64,000 nt of DNA from Lepidodermella squamata (taxonomy: Eukaryota; Animalia; Gastrotricha): NCBI GenBank assembly GCA_047495785.1, contig JBLDXI010000043.1, forward strand, positions 62,001 to 126,000, given 5' to 3'. A program made the position numbers and the translations under genes. Positions within the stretch are counted from its first letter, which is position 1. The number at the start of each line of letters is the position of its first letter. The notes under the pieces are model-generated. The model was not told the origin of the DNA, ran no database searches, and worked only from the letters and a program-made list of their open reading frames with translations. This document shows, piece by piece, positions 62,453 to 64,000 of this stretch.

Positions 62453-63467
62453 TTCTTTTTTAGAAAAATCACTCACCCGTGACGGGAATTCGCATCCAGT
62501 CAACCGTGACCGGAACCAGGGTCAGTCAACCGTGACGGGCTTCGGATACCTTTATAAATAGCGATTTTAAAATCCATATAGAGTAAAAATTGTCTGATAT
62601 TGTTTCGTCCCTTGATGGCTGAAAATGTCCTAACTTTTCCGAAGATTTTCTGAAAATCAACTTGATATTTGATGTTGGCAACTTGATTATCGTCTTTTTT
62701 CTCTCTCTATCCGATGATGTGATACAAGTTGTTTATTCTTACTAGTGGATTATTATTTACAATGTGACAGATTACATAATATAGCGTATCTCGATCCTTC
62801 TTTTTTTATGATTAATGAACACATCGAATGTGAGTAGTCATCGGTCACAGCGTTTTTCTTCACTGAATTTTTGAAGACAATTATCTCCGGATCCTAATTT
62901 TTGTTAAATTTGGAAATGACTCTTGAAATTCGAGGAATTATTGCGAATTTTGTAAATATTTATAAATTGTATCCGGGAATTTATTGAAAATTCGACAGAA
63001 TAAATTTTTGATTTTATATACATCTCGAGCGCATTTGATTTTATCCTATGATTGAGGCTGAAAAACTATGCCTACTGGAGAAGCGTTTCTGTATGTTTGG
63101 ACAATAGTGAAACACTTGTTAAGTACAGTTTCAGGGTCGATTTTTTAGCATGGATTTTCCTGTTCCCTTGATAAAAATTGGGGAGGATCACTTGTCCTTG
63201 CACTCTTCAGCTGCGTATCACCGAGTTTTCAGCAGCAGCGCCTTTTTCAACGGGGATTTCATCTGCTCTCAGAAAAAGGATTTTACCATGAGTAAAAGGC
63301 GATTTCAAAAATTCTTTTACAGTGCAAAGAAAGTCCGTAAAAAAGTGAAAGTAGAGATGCTGAATGGAATGGCCTTTTGAGAATTTTTGTAGCCATCATA
63401 GTTTCCAAATTACGATTTGCAGCCACTCAGTCAAGTAGCAAGCAATCGGTCCCTGGTTTCAAGAGAG

Positions 63468-63545
63468 TAGATGGCATAGTGGTGAGATTGGCTGGTTAAG
63501 GAGTGGGAGAACGGTGGTTTAAATATCACTTGCCACAACCTCCAC
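63468..63545 (+). other. Possible tRNA-derived SINE head / degenerate tRNA-like sequence
   Basis: A-box-like TGGCATAGTGG (63473-83) and degenerate B-box-like GGTTTAAATATC (~63516); no intact cloverleaf. Confidence 0.3.
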
Positions 63546-64000
63546 AAATTTTATTTTGGCTGAATTTAATTTCCCTTGAATTGAGGCATTTCCGAACATG
63601 AGCCGGGGTTGTTTTCGGGGGTTATCTCAGGTCAAGATTAACCACGCCCACATGTAAACGCTTCTTATCTCCGGCTCCGAACAGCACAGAGCACTGAGCT
63701 ATTATTTGAAATCGCCCCCAAAGAGCTGTTAGCTGTTACCGACACAGTCAGTTTTGGCTTTGTCTCTATGTCGTCTAAAAGATAAAAGCTCATATAATCA
63801 TAACATAAATATGTCTCTTATGATTCCTCTTAAAATGCGTGGCTGTAGCCGCGTGGGGCGCCTTATCTAGAAACTACCCTCGCTTATCTTGCACAGCTTA
63901 TTGCATAGCATCCATCAAAATAACACTGAAAATGACCCACTCGATAAGATAATGCTTGGGAATACGACTGCTAGTTTCGAATGCCTGAGTTGAGTTTATA

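Overview
Compact-genome animal DNA (invertebrate-like: GT-AG introns mostly 45-60 nt, intronic TTAGGG tract; taxon not determinable). The left part holds an alpha-arrestin, three tandem FABP genes, three kinase-less ankyrin genes, a secreted KR-repeat precursor, an intronless SOCS-box gene, a MAM-domain membrane protein and an intronless bacterial-like beta-helix enzyme. The centre (about 19.8-51.5 kb) is a minus-strand tandem array of spliced kinase/coiled-coil/ankyrin genes. Two kinase types strictly alternate: A/C (HRD, no visible Gly-rich loop) and B (non-RD, HSD). The ankyrin modules diverge faster than the kinases, and some copies are decayed. One copy is split by a complete 6,974-bp CACTA/EnSpm-type transposon carrying a transposase and a probable BEN-domain gene. 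The ankyrin module of the type-A fusions is homologous to the kinase-less ankyrin genes, two of which carry PPxY motifs instead. The best candidate for an undescribed system is this modular ankyrin locus with alternative N-terminal modules (putative sensor/effector, inferred). The right part holds an intron-containing T5orf172/GIY-YIG-like gene and a synaptotagmin-14/16-like gene. All family calls are from motif recognition only; no database searches were run.
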